Below, piece after piece: positions 1 to 9,935 of a stretch of 64,000 nucleotides of DNA (position 1 is the stretch's first letter; every line of letters starts with the position of its first letter). Both the position numbers and the translations under genes were made by a program. The notes under the pieces are model-generated. The model did not search any database and had not been told where the DNA came from. It was given only the letters and a program-made list of their open reading frames with translations. Source of the DNA: an uncultured Muribaculaceae bacterium (GTDB lineage: Bacteria; Bacillota_I; Bacilli_A; RF39; UBA660); contig CAYJKH010000002.1 in NCBI GenBank assembly GCA_964371025.1, positions 58,929 through 122,928 on the forward strand. The letters run 5' to 3'.

Positions 1-1
1 T

Positions 2-1369
2 ATTTTACTTATTAACTTTAAAAAAATTCAAAATAGAAAATATATTCCATTTATCGTATTACTATTTTTAATGATTATAGCAATGATTATTAGAGCAATT
101 GATCCAACTATATTAGTAATACCAGGTATTATAGTTTATATAAATATGATTATGTATTTTACAATTGAAAATCCTGATATAAAAATGCTAGAAAAAATAA
201 ACCTAGCAAAAGATCAAGCTGAAAAAGCAAATATGGCTAAGAGTGACTTTCTATCTAGTATGTCTCATGAGATTAGAACTCCTCTTAATGCAATTGTCGG
301 ATTAAGTGAAGATATGAAATCTCGTGGAACTTGTCCGGTAGATATGAAAGAAGATTTAAATGATGTTGTTAATGCTTCAAATACATTACTAGAAATAGTA
401 GGGAATATAATGGATATTAGTAAAATTGAAAGTAATAAACTGGAAATTATAAATGTTAAATATAATCTTTTAGAGGAAATTGATAAAATAGTAAGACTAC
501 AAAAAGTTAGAATTGGTTCTAAATTAATTAATTTTAGTGTAAATATTGCTCAAGATATTCCTCATGAATTAATCGGAGATAAAATTCAAATAAAAGGAAT
601 TCTTAATAATTTATTAAGTAATGCTATTAAATATACTGAAAAAGGATTTATTGAATTAAATGTTAGATGTATAAATAAAAAAGATGATTGCATGCTAATT
701 ATTACTGTAAGAGATTCAGGTCGTGGAATAAAAAGTGAAGATATATATCGTTTATTTAATAAATTTGATCGCTTAGATGTGGAAAAAAATACTACTAATG
801 AAGGAACGGGACTTGGGCTGGCTATTACAAAAAGAGTTACAGAAATGATGGGTGGAATAATAAATGTAAACAGTCAATTTGGAAATGGTTCTATATTTGT
901 GGTTCAATTACCTCAAAAAATTAGTATTATGACTAAAGAAGGATATTATCCACCACAAGATGATATTGAAATTTTACTAACAACCCAAGCATATTCAGAT
1001 AAGAAAATTTTATTAGTAGATGATAATAAGTTGAATATAAAAGTAGCTCAAAGAGCATTAAGTAAATTGAAATTTTTAAGAGTAGATGAGGTTTATAACG
1101 GAGAAGAATGTTTAGAAAAAATTATTTCAGGAGAGAAATATGATTTAATATTAATGGATATAATGATGCCTGTTATGAGTGGGGAAACTGCTTTGAAAAA
1201 ATTACATGAAATTAATGACTTTAATACACCTGTTATTGCTTTGACAGCAGATGCCATAATCGGAGCAGAAGAAAAATATAGGGAAATGGGATTTGTAGAT
1301 TATGTTGCTAAACCATTTACAAAAGACATTATAAAAGCAAAAATAGATAAGATATTTGATAATAAATAA
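2..1369 (+). CDS. hybrid sensor histidine kinase (HisKA + HATPase_c + C-terminal receiver domain). The 5' end probably lies upstream of the window.
   Basis: H-box SHEIRTPLNAI, ATP-lid GTGLGLAI, receiver KILLVDDNKLN...DLILMDIMMP...KPF. Frame is open from nt 2 with no in-frame stop before the first ATG at 71. Hydrophobic N-terminal stretch. Confidence 0.8.
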   Translation: MLLINFKKIQNRKYIPFIVLLFLMIIAMIIRAIDPTILVIPGIIVYINMIMYFTIENPDIKMLEKINLAKDQAEKANMAKSDFLSSMSHEIRTPLNAIVGLSEDMKSRGTCPVDMKEDLNDVVNASNTLLEIVGNIMDISKIESNKLEIINVKYNLLEEIDKIVRLQKVRIGSKLINFSVNIAQDIPHELIGDKIQIKGILNNLLSNAIKYTEKGFIELNVRCINKKDDCMLIITVRDSGRGIKSEDIYRLFNKFDRLDVEKNTTNEGTGLGLAITKRVTEMMGGIINVNSQFGNGSIFVVQLPQKISIMTKEGYYPPQDDIEILLTTQAYSDKKILLVDDNKLNIKVAQRALSKLKFLRVDEVYNGEECLEKIISGEKYDLILMDIMMPVMSGETALKKLHEINDFNTPVIALTADAIIGAEEKYREMGFVDYVAKPFTKDIIKAKIDKIFDNK

Positions 1370-1449
1370 TACTTGATATATATAAATATATTTAGTATAA
1401 TAAGCATATCTTAATTATTAATTAGTAGTAGTAATTATAATTATTTATT

Positions 1450-1610
1450 AAAGAGAGTTTACGGTGGTGAGAGTAAATATAAATAATATAATGAACTTGA
1501 CTAAAAAAATAATAATTGGTGAAGACCATTATAACTTTTAAGAGCATATTTATATGAAGTAAGGTGGTACCACGGAATCATTTCGTCCTTATATAAAGTG
1601 CTTTTTTTTT
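1450..1610 (+). promoter_or_regulatory. T-box riboswitch leader preceding the small ORF/leuS operon
   Basis: AGAGAG near the 5' end. Conserved T-box core AAGGTGGTACCACGG at 1561-1575, followed by a hairpin and T9 run ending at the RBS GGAGGAG. The same core is present upstream of tyrS. Confidence 0.7.
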
Positions 1611-2010
1611 GGAGGAGAATATGAATGCAGTTACAACATACCTTACTTGCTTTTTAGTATTATTTTTAATTTATGAGTTAATTATATTTAGAAGTAAAAA
1701 TAAAGTTAGAAAAAGAAAAAAAGAAAAGGTAGAAAAAAAAGAAAAAGTAGAAAAAAAAGAACCATCAGAAATAATATTATTTAGAAATGTCTTTAAATTA
1801 GATATTGAAAAAATTGGATATAATAAAATAAAACATGTTATATCATTTTCAACAGCTATGGGATTAGCTTTAATAGCAACACTAGTGGCATTTATAGAAA
1901 GTTTTATTATATCTGTATTAATAGTTATGATATTAACAATACCAGTTATGTTATTAATTTATTATTTAGTAAGTCTATATTATAAAAAGAAAGGAATGAT
2001 TACAAAATGA
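1609..2010 (+). CDS. small membrane protein with KEKVEKKEKVEKKE lysine/glutamate repeat (hypothetical)
   Basis: Strong RBS GGAGGAG 6 nt upstream. Two hydrophobic segments. Stop overlaps the leuS start (ATGA). Confidence 0.5.
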   Translation: MEENMNAVTTYLTCFLVLFLIYELIIFRSKNKVRKRKKEKVEKKEKVEKKEPSEIILFRNVFKLDIEKIGYNKIKHVISFSTAMGLALIATLVAFIESFIISVLIVMILTIPVMLLIYYLVSLYYKKKGMITK

Positions 2011-4409
2011 GTGAATACAGTAAAATAGAGAAGAAATGGCAAAAATATTGGGAAGATAATAAGAGATTTATTACAAGTAATGATAGTGATAAAGAAAAAT
2101 ATTATTATTTAGTAGAGTTCCCTTATCCATCTGGAGATGGACTTCATGTAGGACATGTAAGAAGTTATACAGCACTTGATGCACTAGCACGTAAAAAAAG
2201 AATGAATAACTTTAATGTATTATTTCCAATTGGATGGGATGCCTTTGGAGCACCAGCAGAAGAGCACGCCATAAAAACTAAACAACATCCGAAAGTAGCA
2301 ATCAAAAAGAATATAGATACATATAGAAGTCAAATGAAAAACTTAGGGATTTCATTTGATTGGTCTAGAGAATTTTCAACAACAGATGAGAATATTTATA
2401 AGTGGACACAGTGGCAATTTTTGAAATTTTTTGAAAATGACTTAGCATACAAAGCAAAGAAAAATATAAATTGGTGTGAAAAGTGTAAAACTGGATTATC
2501 TAATGAAGATTCATCTGGAGGAGTTTGTGAAAGATGTGGAAGTCCAGTTATTCAAAAAGAAAAAGAACAATGGATATTAAAAATGAGTGATTATGCGGAA
2601 GACTTATTAACGGGATTAGATGATACTAATTATCAAAGTAAAATTAAAACTGCTCAAATTAATTGGATAGGTAAATCAGTAGGGGCTAATGTTAATTTCA
2701 AATTAAAAGAACAAGATGAAATATTGGAAGTATATACAACAAGACCAGATACTTTATTTGGAGCAACTTTTATGGTAATTGCTCCAGAACATCCTATATT
2801 AGAAAAATATAAAGATTCAATTAAAAATATTTCTGAGATAAAAGATTACCAAAAAGAAACTATTAAGAAAAGTAGTTTTGAAAGAAGTGAATTAATAAAA
2901 GAAAAAACTGGAGTTAAAATTGATGGTATATCAGCTATAAACCCTCTAAGTAATAAAGTGATTCCAGTATATATTGCAGATTATGTAATGATGGGATATG
3001 GTACGGGAGCAATAATGGCAGTACCTGCTCATGATCAAAGAGATTATGATTTTGCAAAGAAATTTAATATTGAAATTATCCCGGTTATTGAAGGTGGAAA
3101 CATTGAGAAAGAAGCATATGCTAATGATGGAGTAATGATTAATTCAGAATTTTTAAATGGGATTACTACTAAAGAAGAAGCAATTGCGAAAGTTATTAAA
3201 TACTTAAATGAAGAAAAACTTGGAGAAGCTAAAACTAATTATAAATTACAAGATTGGATTTTTTCTAGACAAAGATTTTGGGGAGAACCAATTCCTATAA
3301 TTAATTGTGATTGCTGTGGATATGTTCCAGTACCAGAAAAAGATCTACCTGTTGTTCTGCCAGATGTTGCAAAATATGAACCGACTGAAAATGGTGAGTC
3401 CCCACTAGCAGGAATAGAAGAGTGGGTAAATACAACTTGTCCTAAATGTGGCAAAAAAGCAAAAAGAGAAACTGATACAATGCCGAACTGGGCAGGTTCT
3501 AGTTGGTATTGGTTAAGATATATGGATCCTAAAAATGATCAAGAGTTTGTATCTAAAGAAGCTTTAAAACAGTGGGGTAAAGTAGAATTTTATAATGGTG
3601 GAATGGAACATGCTACTAGACACTTATTATATGCAAGATTCTGGAATCAAGCACTTTATAACTTAGGGCTTGTACCTAATAAAGAACCATTTGATACAAG
3701 AGTAGCTCATGGATTAATCTTAGCAAGTGATGGTGAAAAAATGTCTAAATCACGTGGTAATGTAGTTAATCCAGATCACATGGTAGCAGAATATGGAGCA
3801 GATACTTTAAGATGCTATCAAATGTTTATGGGAGATTATGAAAAAGAAGTAACATGGAATGAGTTAGGACTTAAAGGAGTTAAAAGATTCTTAGACAGAG
3901 TAATTAAATTAAGTGAAAAATTAAATGAAAAGAATAATTATTCGGAAGAATTAGAAAAATCTATTCATAAGACAATAAAAAAAGTAACAGAAGATTATGA
4001 TAATATGAAATTTAATACTGTGGTATCATCATTAATGATATTATTAAATGAATATGATAAACAAAAATCAATTACTAAAGAAGACTATAGAACACTATTA
4101 TTATTATTAAATCCAATTGCTCCTCATATTAGTGAAGAATTAAATGAATTTAATAACTTAGGAGCAGAATTATTTATTAGTAAATGGCCTGTATATGATG
4201 AGATAAAAACTATAGATGAAGAAAAAACTATAGCAGTACAAGTTAATGGTAAAATGCGTGCTACTATTACGATAAACTTAAATGACACAGAAGATATGAT
4301 AAAAGAAAAAGCCTTAAAAGAAGAAAATATTAAAGTTCATACTGAAGGTAAAGAAATTATAAAATTTATTGTAATTAAAGGAAAAATTGCCAATATAGTA
4401 GTTAAATAA
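2007..4409 (+). CDS. leuS: leucyl-tRNA synthetase
   Basis: N-terminus EKKWQKYWEDNKRF, HIGH motif HVGHVRSY, KMSKS motif, 800 aa. Confidence 0.97.
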   Translation: MSEYSKIEKKWQKYWEDNKRFITSNDSDKEKYYYLVEFPYPSGDGLHVGHVRSYTALDALARKKRMNNFNVLFPIGWDAFGAPAEEHAIKTKQHPKVAIKKNIDTYRSQMKNLGISFDWSREFSTTDENIYKWTQWQFLKFFENDLAYKAKKNINWCEKCKTGLSNEDSSGGVCERCGSPVIQKEKEQWILKMSDYAEDLLTGLDDTNYQSKIKTAQINWIGKSVGANVNFKLKEQDEILEVYTTRPDTLFGATFMVIAPEHPILEKYKDSIKNISEIKDYQKETIKKSSFERSELIKEKTGVKIDGISAINPLSNKVIPVYIADYVMMGYGTGAIMAVPAHDQRDYDFAKKFNIEIIPVIEGGNIEKEAYANDGVMINSEFLNGITTKEEAIAKVIKYLNEEKLGEAKTNYKLQDWIFSRQRFWGEPIPIINCDCCGYVPVPEKDLPVVLPDVAKYEPTENGESPLAGIEEWVNTTCPKCGKKAKRETDTMPNWAGSSWYWLRYMDPKNDQEFVSKEALKQWGKVEFYNGGMEHATRHLLYARFWNQALYNLGLVPNKEPFDTRVAHGLILASDGEKMSKSRGNVVNPDHMVAEYGADTLRCYQMFMGDYEKEVTWNELGLKGVKRFLDRVIKLSEKLNEKNNYSEELEKSIHKTIKKVTEDYDNMKFNTVVSSLMILLNEYDKQKSITKEDYRTLLLLLNPIAPHISEELNEFNNLGAELFISKWPVYDEIKTIDEEKTIAVQVNGKMRATITINLNDTEDMIKEKALKEENIKVHTEGKEIIKFIVIKGKIANIVVK

Positions 4410-4412
4410 AAT

Positions 4413-4446
4413 AAACTGGAATTAAAAGTATTCCAGTTTTTTGTTT
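4413..4446 (+). terminator. rho-independent terminator after leuS
   Basis: Hairpin ACTGGAAT-taaaagt-ATTCCAGT followed by a T run. Confidence 0.75.
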
Positions 4447-4508
4447 TAATATTTTTTTACTTGACTAAATATAGATGATTATCTATAATTGTATTAATAG
4501 GAGATATT

Positions 4509-4787
4509 ATGTTAGAAGATAAGTATGAAATATTTAAAGTATTAGCAGATAAAAGTAGACTTGAAATTATAAAAATAATAATTAATTCAAAAGAAATATG
4601 TGCTTGTGAATTACTAGATAAACTAAATATAACTCAAGCAACTCTTTCATATCACATGAAATTATTAAAGGAAGTAGGATTAGTTAGCTGTTATAAAAGA
4701 GGAACATGGTGTATATATAGCATAGAGAAAGAAACTTTTAATAATTTATCAAAATTATTTAAGGAAATAGGAGAAAACAATGGATAA
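4509..4787 (+). CDS. ArsR/SmtB family transcriptional regulator
   Basis: 92 aa wHTH with metal-site-like CACELLDKLNITQATLSYHMKLLKEVGLV. Confidence 0.75.
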   Translation: MLEDKYEIFKVLADKSRLEIIKIIINSKEICACELLDKLNITQATLSYHMKLLKEVGLVSCYKRGTWCIYSIEKETFNNLSKLFKEIGENNG

Positions 4788-5229
4788 GAAAAAAATAACA
4801 ACAATAGTAGTATTATTGTTAATTATTGTAATTATATTGGGAATGACAATACTAAAAGATAATAGTGTTAAAGAAGTTAGTACAACAGGAACTTTTGATT
4901 TACAAGTAGATGAAAATTTCAATAAAGAAGAAGTTTTAAGTAAAGGGTATCCAACGATGTTAGATATTGGAGGAGCAGATTGCATACCTTGTAAAGAAAT
5001 GGCACCAACGCTAGAAAAATTAAATAAAGATTTAAAAGGTGAAGCAATTATAAAATTTGTGGATTATTGGAAATATCCTGATTTAGCTAAACAATTTGAA
5101 TTTGAGGTTATACCAACTCAATTTTTCTACGATGAAAATGGAGAATTATATACTACTCATGAAGGGGGAATAACAGAAGATAAAATATTAGAAATATTTG
5201 AAGAAATGGGGTATACATTTAGTGAATGA
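4780..5229 (+). CDS. membrane-anchored thioredoxin-like protein (TlpA/ResA-like)
   Basis: N-terminal TM, CxxC motif GADCIPCKEMAP, thioredoxin fold length. Overlaps arsR-like stop. Confidence 0.7.
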   Translation: MDKKKITTIVVLLLIIVIILGMTILKDNSVKEVSTTGTFDLQVDENFNKEEVLSKGYPTMLDIGGADCIPCKEMAPTLEKLNKDLKGEAIIKFVDYWKYPDLAKQFEFEVIPTQFFYDENGELYTTHEGGITEDKILEIFEEMGYTFSE

Positions 5230-5911
5230 TCTATTAATTCAATTTGGAGAAATAATAAATAATAATTATTGGATAGCCCCTTTAATTGCTTTAATAGCAG
5301 GAGTATTAACATCATTTACACCATGTAGTTTAGCAAGTGTTCCATTAGTAATTGGATATGTTGGACAAAAAAAAGAAAGTAATACTAAAAATGCTTTAAA
5401 ACTATCTTTAGTATTTGCTTTAGGAACTGCACTTACTTATACTGCACTAGGAGTAATAGCGACATTAGCAGGTCAAATGTTGATATTTGTAGGTAATTGG
5501 TGGTATTTAGCAATAGGAATAATTTTATTGTTAATGGCATTACAATTTTTAGGAGTAATTGATATCTTACCAAAAAATAATTTATTAAATAAAAATAAAA
5601 AAACAGGTTATTTAGGAGCTTTAATAGCTGGTTTATTAGCTGGATTATTTTCTTCTCCTTGTTCAACCCCAGTCTTAATTGTACTATTAGCAATTGTTGG
5701 ACAACAAGGAAATTTAATTTTTGGTATTTTATTACTTTTACTATATTCAATTGGGCATAGCATATTAATAGTTATATCAGGAACATCTACTAACTTTGTT
5801 CAAAAAATAACTTCGTCAAACCCATATGCAAAACTAAATAAAATTATCAAAATAATAGTAGCATCGGCAATGATTATATTAGCATTCTATTTAATTTATA
5901 TAGGGATTTAA
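5198..5911 (+). CDS. ccdA: cytochrome c-type biogenesis / disulfide-reductant transfer membrane protein CcdA (DsbD family)
   Basis: Multi-TM with paired Cys motifs TPCSLASVP and SPCSTPVL. Start uncertain (TTG 5198 or GTG 5222). Confidence 0.75.
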   Translation: MKKWGIHLVNDLLIQFGEIINNNYWIAPLIALIAGVLTSFTPCSLASVPLVIGYVGQKKESNTKNALKLSLVFALGTALTYTALGVIATLAGQMLIFVGNWWYLAIGIILLLMALQFLGVIDILPKNNLLNKNKKTGYLGALIAGLLAGLFSSPCSTPVLIVLLAIVGQQGNLIFGILLLLLYSIGHSILIVISGTSTNFVQKITSSNPYAKLNKIIKIIVASAMIILAFYLIYIGI

Positions 5912-5966
5912 ATTTATATTAATATTTATAGGATAGTATAATAAAAAGTGATATAATAAATAATAG

Positions 5967-6578
5967 GTGATTAGAATGATTGAATACTTTTTATTATTTT
6001 TTATATATTGCATAATTGGATATATATTTGAATTAGTAATAATGTTAACTGAAAAAAAAGGTTTAACATTTCATAGGGGATTTTTATTTGGACCATATTT
6101 ACCAGTTTATGGAAGTGGGTGTTTAGCTATAACTTTATTACTAGGAAATATATCAAATATATTTCTAATATTTATAGCGAGTTTTATTTTAACAGGTGTT
6201 ATTGAATACTTAACTGGGTATTTAATAGAAAAAATATTTGGACTTAGATGGTGGGATTATTCTAAAGATAAATTTAATATTAAAGGAATAGTTAGATTAA
6301 AAACATTAGTTATTTTTGGGATTGGAGGAATAATTATAGTAAAATATGCCTCTCCGGCATTACTATCTTTAATAAATATAATTCCTAACTCAATTAGTCC
6401 GATTTTAGTTATTACAATAGGAACTATATTAATAATTGATATTATACTAAGTATGTATTTAACATTTGTTATTAAAAATAAAATTAATGTAAATCAAATA
6501 AAAGATTATACTTCAGAAATAAAAAATGAAATATATAAATATATTAAAAATATGTTGAAAAAAAAGAGCACTAATTAG
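5967..6578 (+). CDS. polytopic membrane protein, putative ABC-transporter type IV (CmpB-like) family
   Basis: Motif HRGFLFGPYLPVYGSGC and multiple TM segments. Confidence 0.5.
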   Translation: MIRMIEYFLLFFIYCIIGYIFELVIMLTEKKGLTFHRGFLFGPYLPVYGSGCLAITLLLGNISNIFLIFIASFILTGVIEYLTGYLIEKIFGLRWWDYSKDKFNIKGIVRLKTLVIFGIGGIIIVKYASPALLSLINIIPNSISPILVITIGTILIIDIILSMYLTFVIKNKINVNQIKDYTSEIKNEIYKYIKNMLKKKSTN

Positions 6579-6587
6579 TGTTCTTTT

Positions 6588-7286
6588 TTAGTTTAATTCA
6601 TAGTTTATACATGACAATAAATATAAGGGAACTGTTTCGGTTCTTAAAATAGTATTACCAAAAGTAATAGGGTTATAATTATTTTCTTTTAATAATTCTT
6701 CTTCCTCTTTAGTAAGTCCACCTTCAGGACCAAAAATAAATATTAATGGATCATTATTTGAAGTGGTTAATACGTTCTTTAAGGAATTATTTTTTTCAAC
6801 AGTACTACAAATAAATTTATTTCCTTCAAGTAAACATACTTCTTTAATAGTTTTAATAGAAGAAATTATAGGAATATCTAATCTTTTAGATTGTTCACTA
6901 GCTTCTTTAACTATTTTTTCCCATCTAGCAATCTTTTTATCTTCTTTTCCGTCTACTTTAATTAAAGATCTAGTCATAATTGTTGGAATAATTTTATTAA
7001 CATTTAATTCAGTAGCTTTTTGTAAAACTAAATTCATTTTAGCCTCTTTTAAAATAGGAACAATTAAAATAACTTCTTTTTTATTAGATATTTGATTTTC
7101 TTCATAATCAATTTTAAAATAGTTCGAAATAGGAGACCCTACACTACAAATATATAATTTTTTTTGATAAACTATTTCTATTTTACTTTTGTCATCCATC
7201 CGCATAACTGTTTTTATATGATGAATATCATCATTTGATAAATATAGAGAATTATCTTTTAATTCATTTGAAAAGTATCTTTGCAT
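6588..7286 (-). CDS. rsmE: 16S rRNA (uracil1498-N3)-methyltransferase
   Basis: C-terminal FGPEGGLTKEEEELL motif typical of RsmE, about 230 aa. Confidence 0.85.
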   Translation of the reverse strand: MQRYFSNELKDNSLYLSNDDIHHIKTVMRMDDKSKIEIVYQKKLYICSVGSPISNYFKIDYEENQISNKKEVILIVPILKEAKMNLVLQKATELNVNKIIPTIMTRSLIKVDGKEDKKIARWEKIVKEASEQSKRLDIPIISSIKTIKEVCLLEGNKFICSTVEKNNSLKNVLTTSNNDPLIFIFGPEGGLTKEEEELLKENNYNPITFGNTILRTETVPLYLLSCINYELN

Positions 7287-7295
7287 ATTATCTCC

Positions 7296-8570
7296 TTATT
7301 TTTTTATTTTTCTATATAACCTGTAACTAACATTATAAAAATTATACCAAAAAGGGGATATGACTAAATCAAATTCTCCGATTAACTCTTCAACTTGACC
7401 CCCAAAACTTTTTTTAAATAAATATAGTCCTAAAAGAGGATTGTTTTTACTAAAGTCTCCAGTTATACCATAAAAGTTATATTTTTTATAATGGTTATTT
7501 ACAGCTAATTTAATTCCTTCAAAGTGAAGAGTATAGGCAGATTGGAATTGCATTAATTCCTTTAGACTACCTCCGAATAAAGATAGTACTTCATTTCCTT
7601 GAATTAAAAACATGATAGCCCCAAGGGGTTTAATTTCTCCAAACTCTTCTTTTAATTCTTTTTGTTTTTTGATTTGATTATTTAATCTAGTAATTGTATC
7701 TTCATCGCTTTTATTACTTTGTAAATATTTCTTTTCATTCATCTTTAATAAATTATTTTCATACTTATTAATTCGATCATTTAAATTATCTTTTATAATA
7801 GATAATTCTTCTTCTAAATTATTGATATATTTAGAAAAATTTATTTCTGCTACATATATTTTCATCATATCTCCAAGGTTATCCCACATATTTTCATAAT
7901 ATGATAAAGGTCGATCAATAAAGTTTCTGCGATCACCGGTATGCTGCATGATATTTTTAAATAAGTTTAATTCATCTTTAGCTATTTCTCTTGATATAAT
8001 AGCACTTTTTTCATTCTTACGAATAATCTGTCTTGTTTTTGATTCCATCTTTTCAAATATTTCTTCTAATGTTTTATTATTAGTATCTAATGTATGAATC
8101 CATCTTGGTTGTAATTCTTCTTGTAACATATTAAATCCAAAATGTTTATATTTTAATTTTATTAAATTATTATAACTATTAAAGTTATTAAAACCATCCT
8201 TAACAATGTTTCCTTCATTGTCTCTTTCCTGATATGAAAGATAAGGATCTATTTTAATAAAAATAGCACCTTTATTTTTAGCAAATTTTTTTAGTTCTTT
8301 TGTGAAATACTCTAATTCTTCATAAGTATTATAATCTATTAAAAAACCTCTAGGAGCATAAAACATTTTTTTATTAATTAAAGGAAGTTTCTTAGCTAAA
8401 ATTAAACTAGCTGCTATAACTTCATTATTTTTTTTAATTCCTACAAAAAATGATTCCCAACCATTAGTCTTTTTTAAATCTCCCCATTCTTTAGTTTGGT
8501 GAAAAGAAGTTAATGGGTGACTTTTTGAAAAATTTTCAAATTCTTTAATCGTTAACTCAATAAATTTCAT
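7296..8570 (-). CDS. FemAB-family peptidoglycan interpeptide-bridge aminoacyltransferase (paralog 2)
   Basis: HQTKEWGDLK motif (FemAB Q..W..K), about 420 aa, central coiled-coil insertion, GNAT-like halves. Confidence 0.85.
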   Translation of the reverse strand: MKFIELTIKEFENFSKSHPLTSFHQTKEWGDLKKTNGWESFFVGIKKNNEVIAASLILAKKLPLINKKMFYAPRGFLIDYNTYEELEYFTKELKKFAKNKGAIFIKIDPYLSYQERDNEGNIVKDGFNNFNSYNNLIKLKYKHFGFNMLQEELQPRWIHTLDTNNKTLEEIFEKMESKTRQIIRKNEKSAIISREIAKDELNLFKNIMQHTGDRRNFIDRPLSYYENMWDNLGDMMKIYVAEINFSKYINNLEEELSIIKDNLNDRINKYENNLLKMNEKKYLQSNKSDEDTITRLNNQIKKQKELKEEFGEIKPLGAIMFLIQGNEVLSLFGGSLKELMQFQSAYTLHFEGIKLAVNNHYKKYNFYGITGDFSKNNPLLGLYLFKKSFGGQVEELIGEFDLVISPFWYNFYNVSYRLYRKIKK

Positions 8571-9835
8571 AAATCCTCCTTAGCTATCTTCTTTTTTACA
8601 TTAATACGTTTAAAAAATCTATAAATGGGAATAAGTATTTTATAACATGAATAAATAGGTTTATTAGTAATATAGATAAAGTCACCGATAAATTCTACAT
8701 GATTTCCTCCAAAACGTTTTTTAAACTCATATAATCCATAGGCTTTATTACTCTTATCGTCACCCTTAACACATCCAAAGTGATCATATAAAGTAATATT
8801 TTTTGTTTTCATATATTTCATATGTTTATAATAAGAATAATATGGAGTAAATAATGAATTAGCAAGAGAATGATTAGCTGCATATACTGTCCATGTACTA
8901 TCATTAGTTCTAAGTAAATAATTAGCACTTAAAATAAGTTCGTTTCCATATTCTTGTTTTAAGTTAATAAATTTATTAATTTCTTTATTAATTTTCTCTT
9001 TCATAGGAGTTAAGTGCTTATTTTTATTATTACTAGGTTTTTCTAATTCTTTTAAGTCATTTTTTAACTTAGTAATAGTTTTATCAAAGTTAATTGAACA
9101 TAAAAATAAAAGAGCAGAAGAAGTAGAAGAGTTATTAAAAGTTTTATATAATTTTTTATAATAGTCTAAATCATACGAGATAAAACCTTTTCTTAATTCT
9201 GTTTCAACCATTAATTTATAAAAAGTATCAATATCATTTTCATCACCTTTATAAAAATTGATTTCTAAATTACTAGCATAAGCAATATTTTTTTTAGCAG
9301 ATTTTGAAAAATCATTTTCAATATCTTGGAAATCTTTAGAAAAATCAATTTGAAAAGTATATCTAACTTGATTTGAATCACTTAGTTCTTCAGAAAAACC
9401 TTTATGTTTAAAGTTAGAATTTATCAAATTATTAAAAACTTTATTATAATCATGACTTATTTTATCTCCTTTAGAGGTAGTTTCTTTAATAATTATCTCA
9501 GGATCTATTTCAAAGTATATACCAGATTTAGATTTTATAAAATCTACTATTTTATTTGTAAAAGTATTTAATAAATCAAAGTTATCATAATCAATAATAA
9601 ACCCTCTTGGAGCATAAAAATATGTATACTTTGAAATTAATTTAGTTTCTAGTAATAGAGTTGCCGCTTGTAAATTATTATCTTTATCAACCAGTCCTAA
9701 AAAGTAAGGGTTATTTTTATTAACACTTTTTCTAAACTCACCCCAACTGGAAGTTTGTAAAAAATGAACATAGTTTAAATGTTCTTTAGCAAAGCTATCA
9801 AATTCATCAGAATTAATATTTATAAGTTTATACAT
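8567..9835 (-). CDS. FemAB-family peptidoglycan interpeptide-bridge aminoacyltransferase (paralog 1)
   Basis: LQTSSWGEFRK motif, 422 aa. Overlaps the downstream paralog by 4 nt. Confidence 0.85.
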   Translation of the reverse strand: MYKLININSDEFDSFAKEHLNYVHFLQTSSWGEFRKSVNKNNPYFLGLVDKDNNLQAATLLLETKLISKYTYFYAPRGFIIDYDNFDLLNTFTNKIVDFIKSKSGIYFEIDPEIIIKETTSKGDKISHDYNKVFNNLINSNFKHKGFSEELSDSNQVRYTFQIDFSKDFQDIENDFSKSAKKNIAYASNLEINFYKGDENDIDTFYKLMVETELRKGFISYDLDYYKKLYKTFNNSSTSSALLFLCSINFDKTITKLKNDLKELEKPSNNKNKHLTPMKEKINKEINKFINLKQEYGNELILSANYLLRTNDSTWTVYAANHSLANSLFTPYYSYYKHMKYMKTKNITLYDHFGCVKGDDKSNKAYGLYEFKKRFGGNHVEFIGDFIYITNKPIYSCYKILIPIYRFFKRINVKKKIAKEDL

Positions 9836-9935
9836 CTTATCACTCCTTATTTAAATAGTATACCATTTTATAAGGTAAAATAGAATAAATAATGCAAATA
9901 TTATTATAATATGGTAAAATATAAAAGGTGATAAA

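Noticed and set aside
3239-3454. Antisense ORFs inside leuS and other large genes (e.g. 3239-3454, 4755-4985, 5433-5750, 6763-7095, 28298-28567, 43402-43746, 43845-44096, 47003-47203)
   Set aside because: They are embedded antisense to well-supported long CDSs, have no RBS, and have low-complexity translations.
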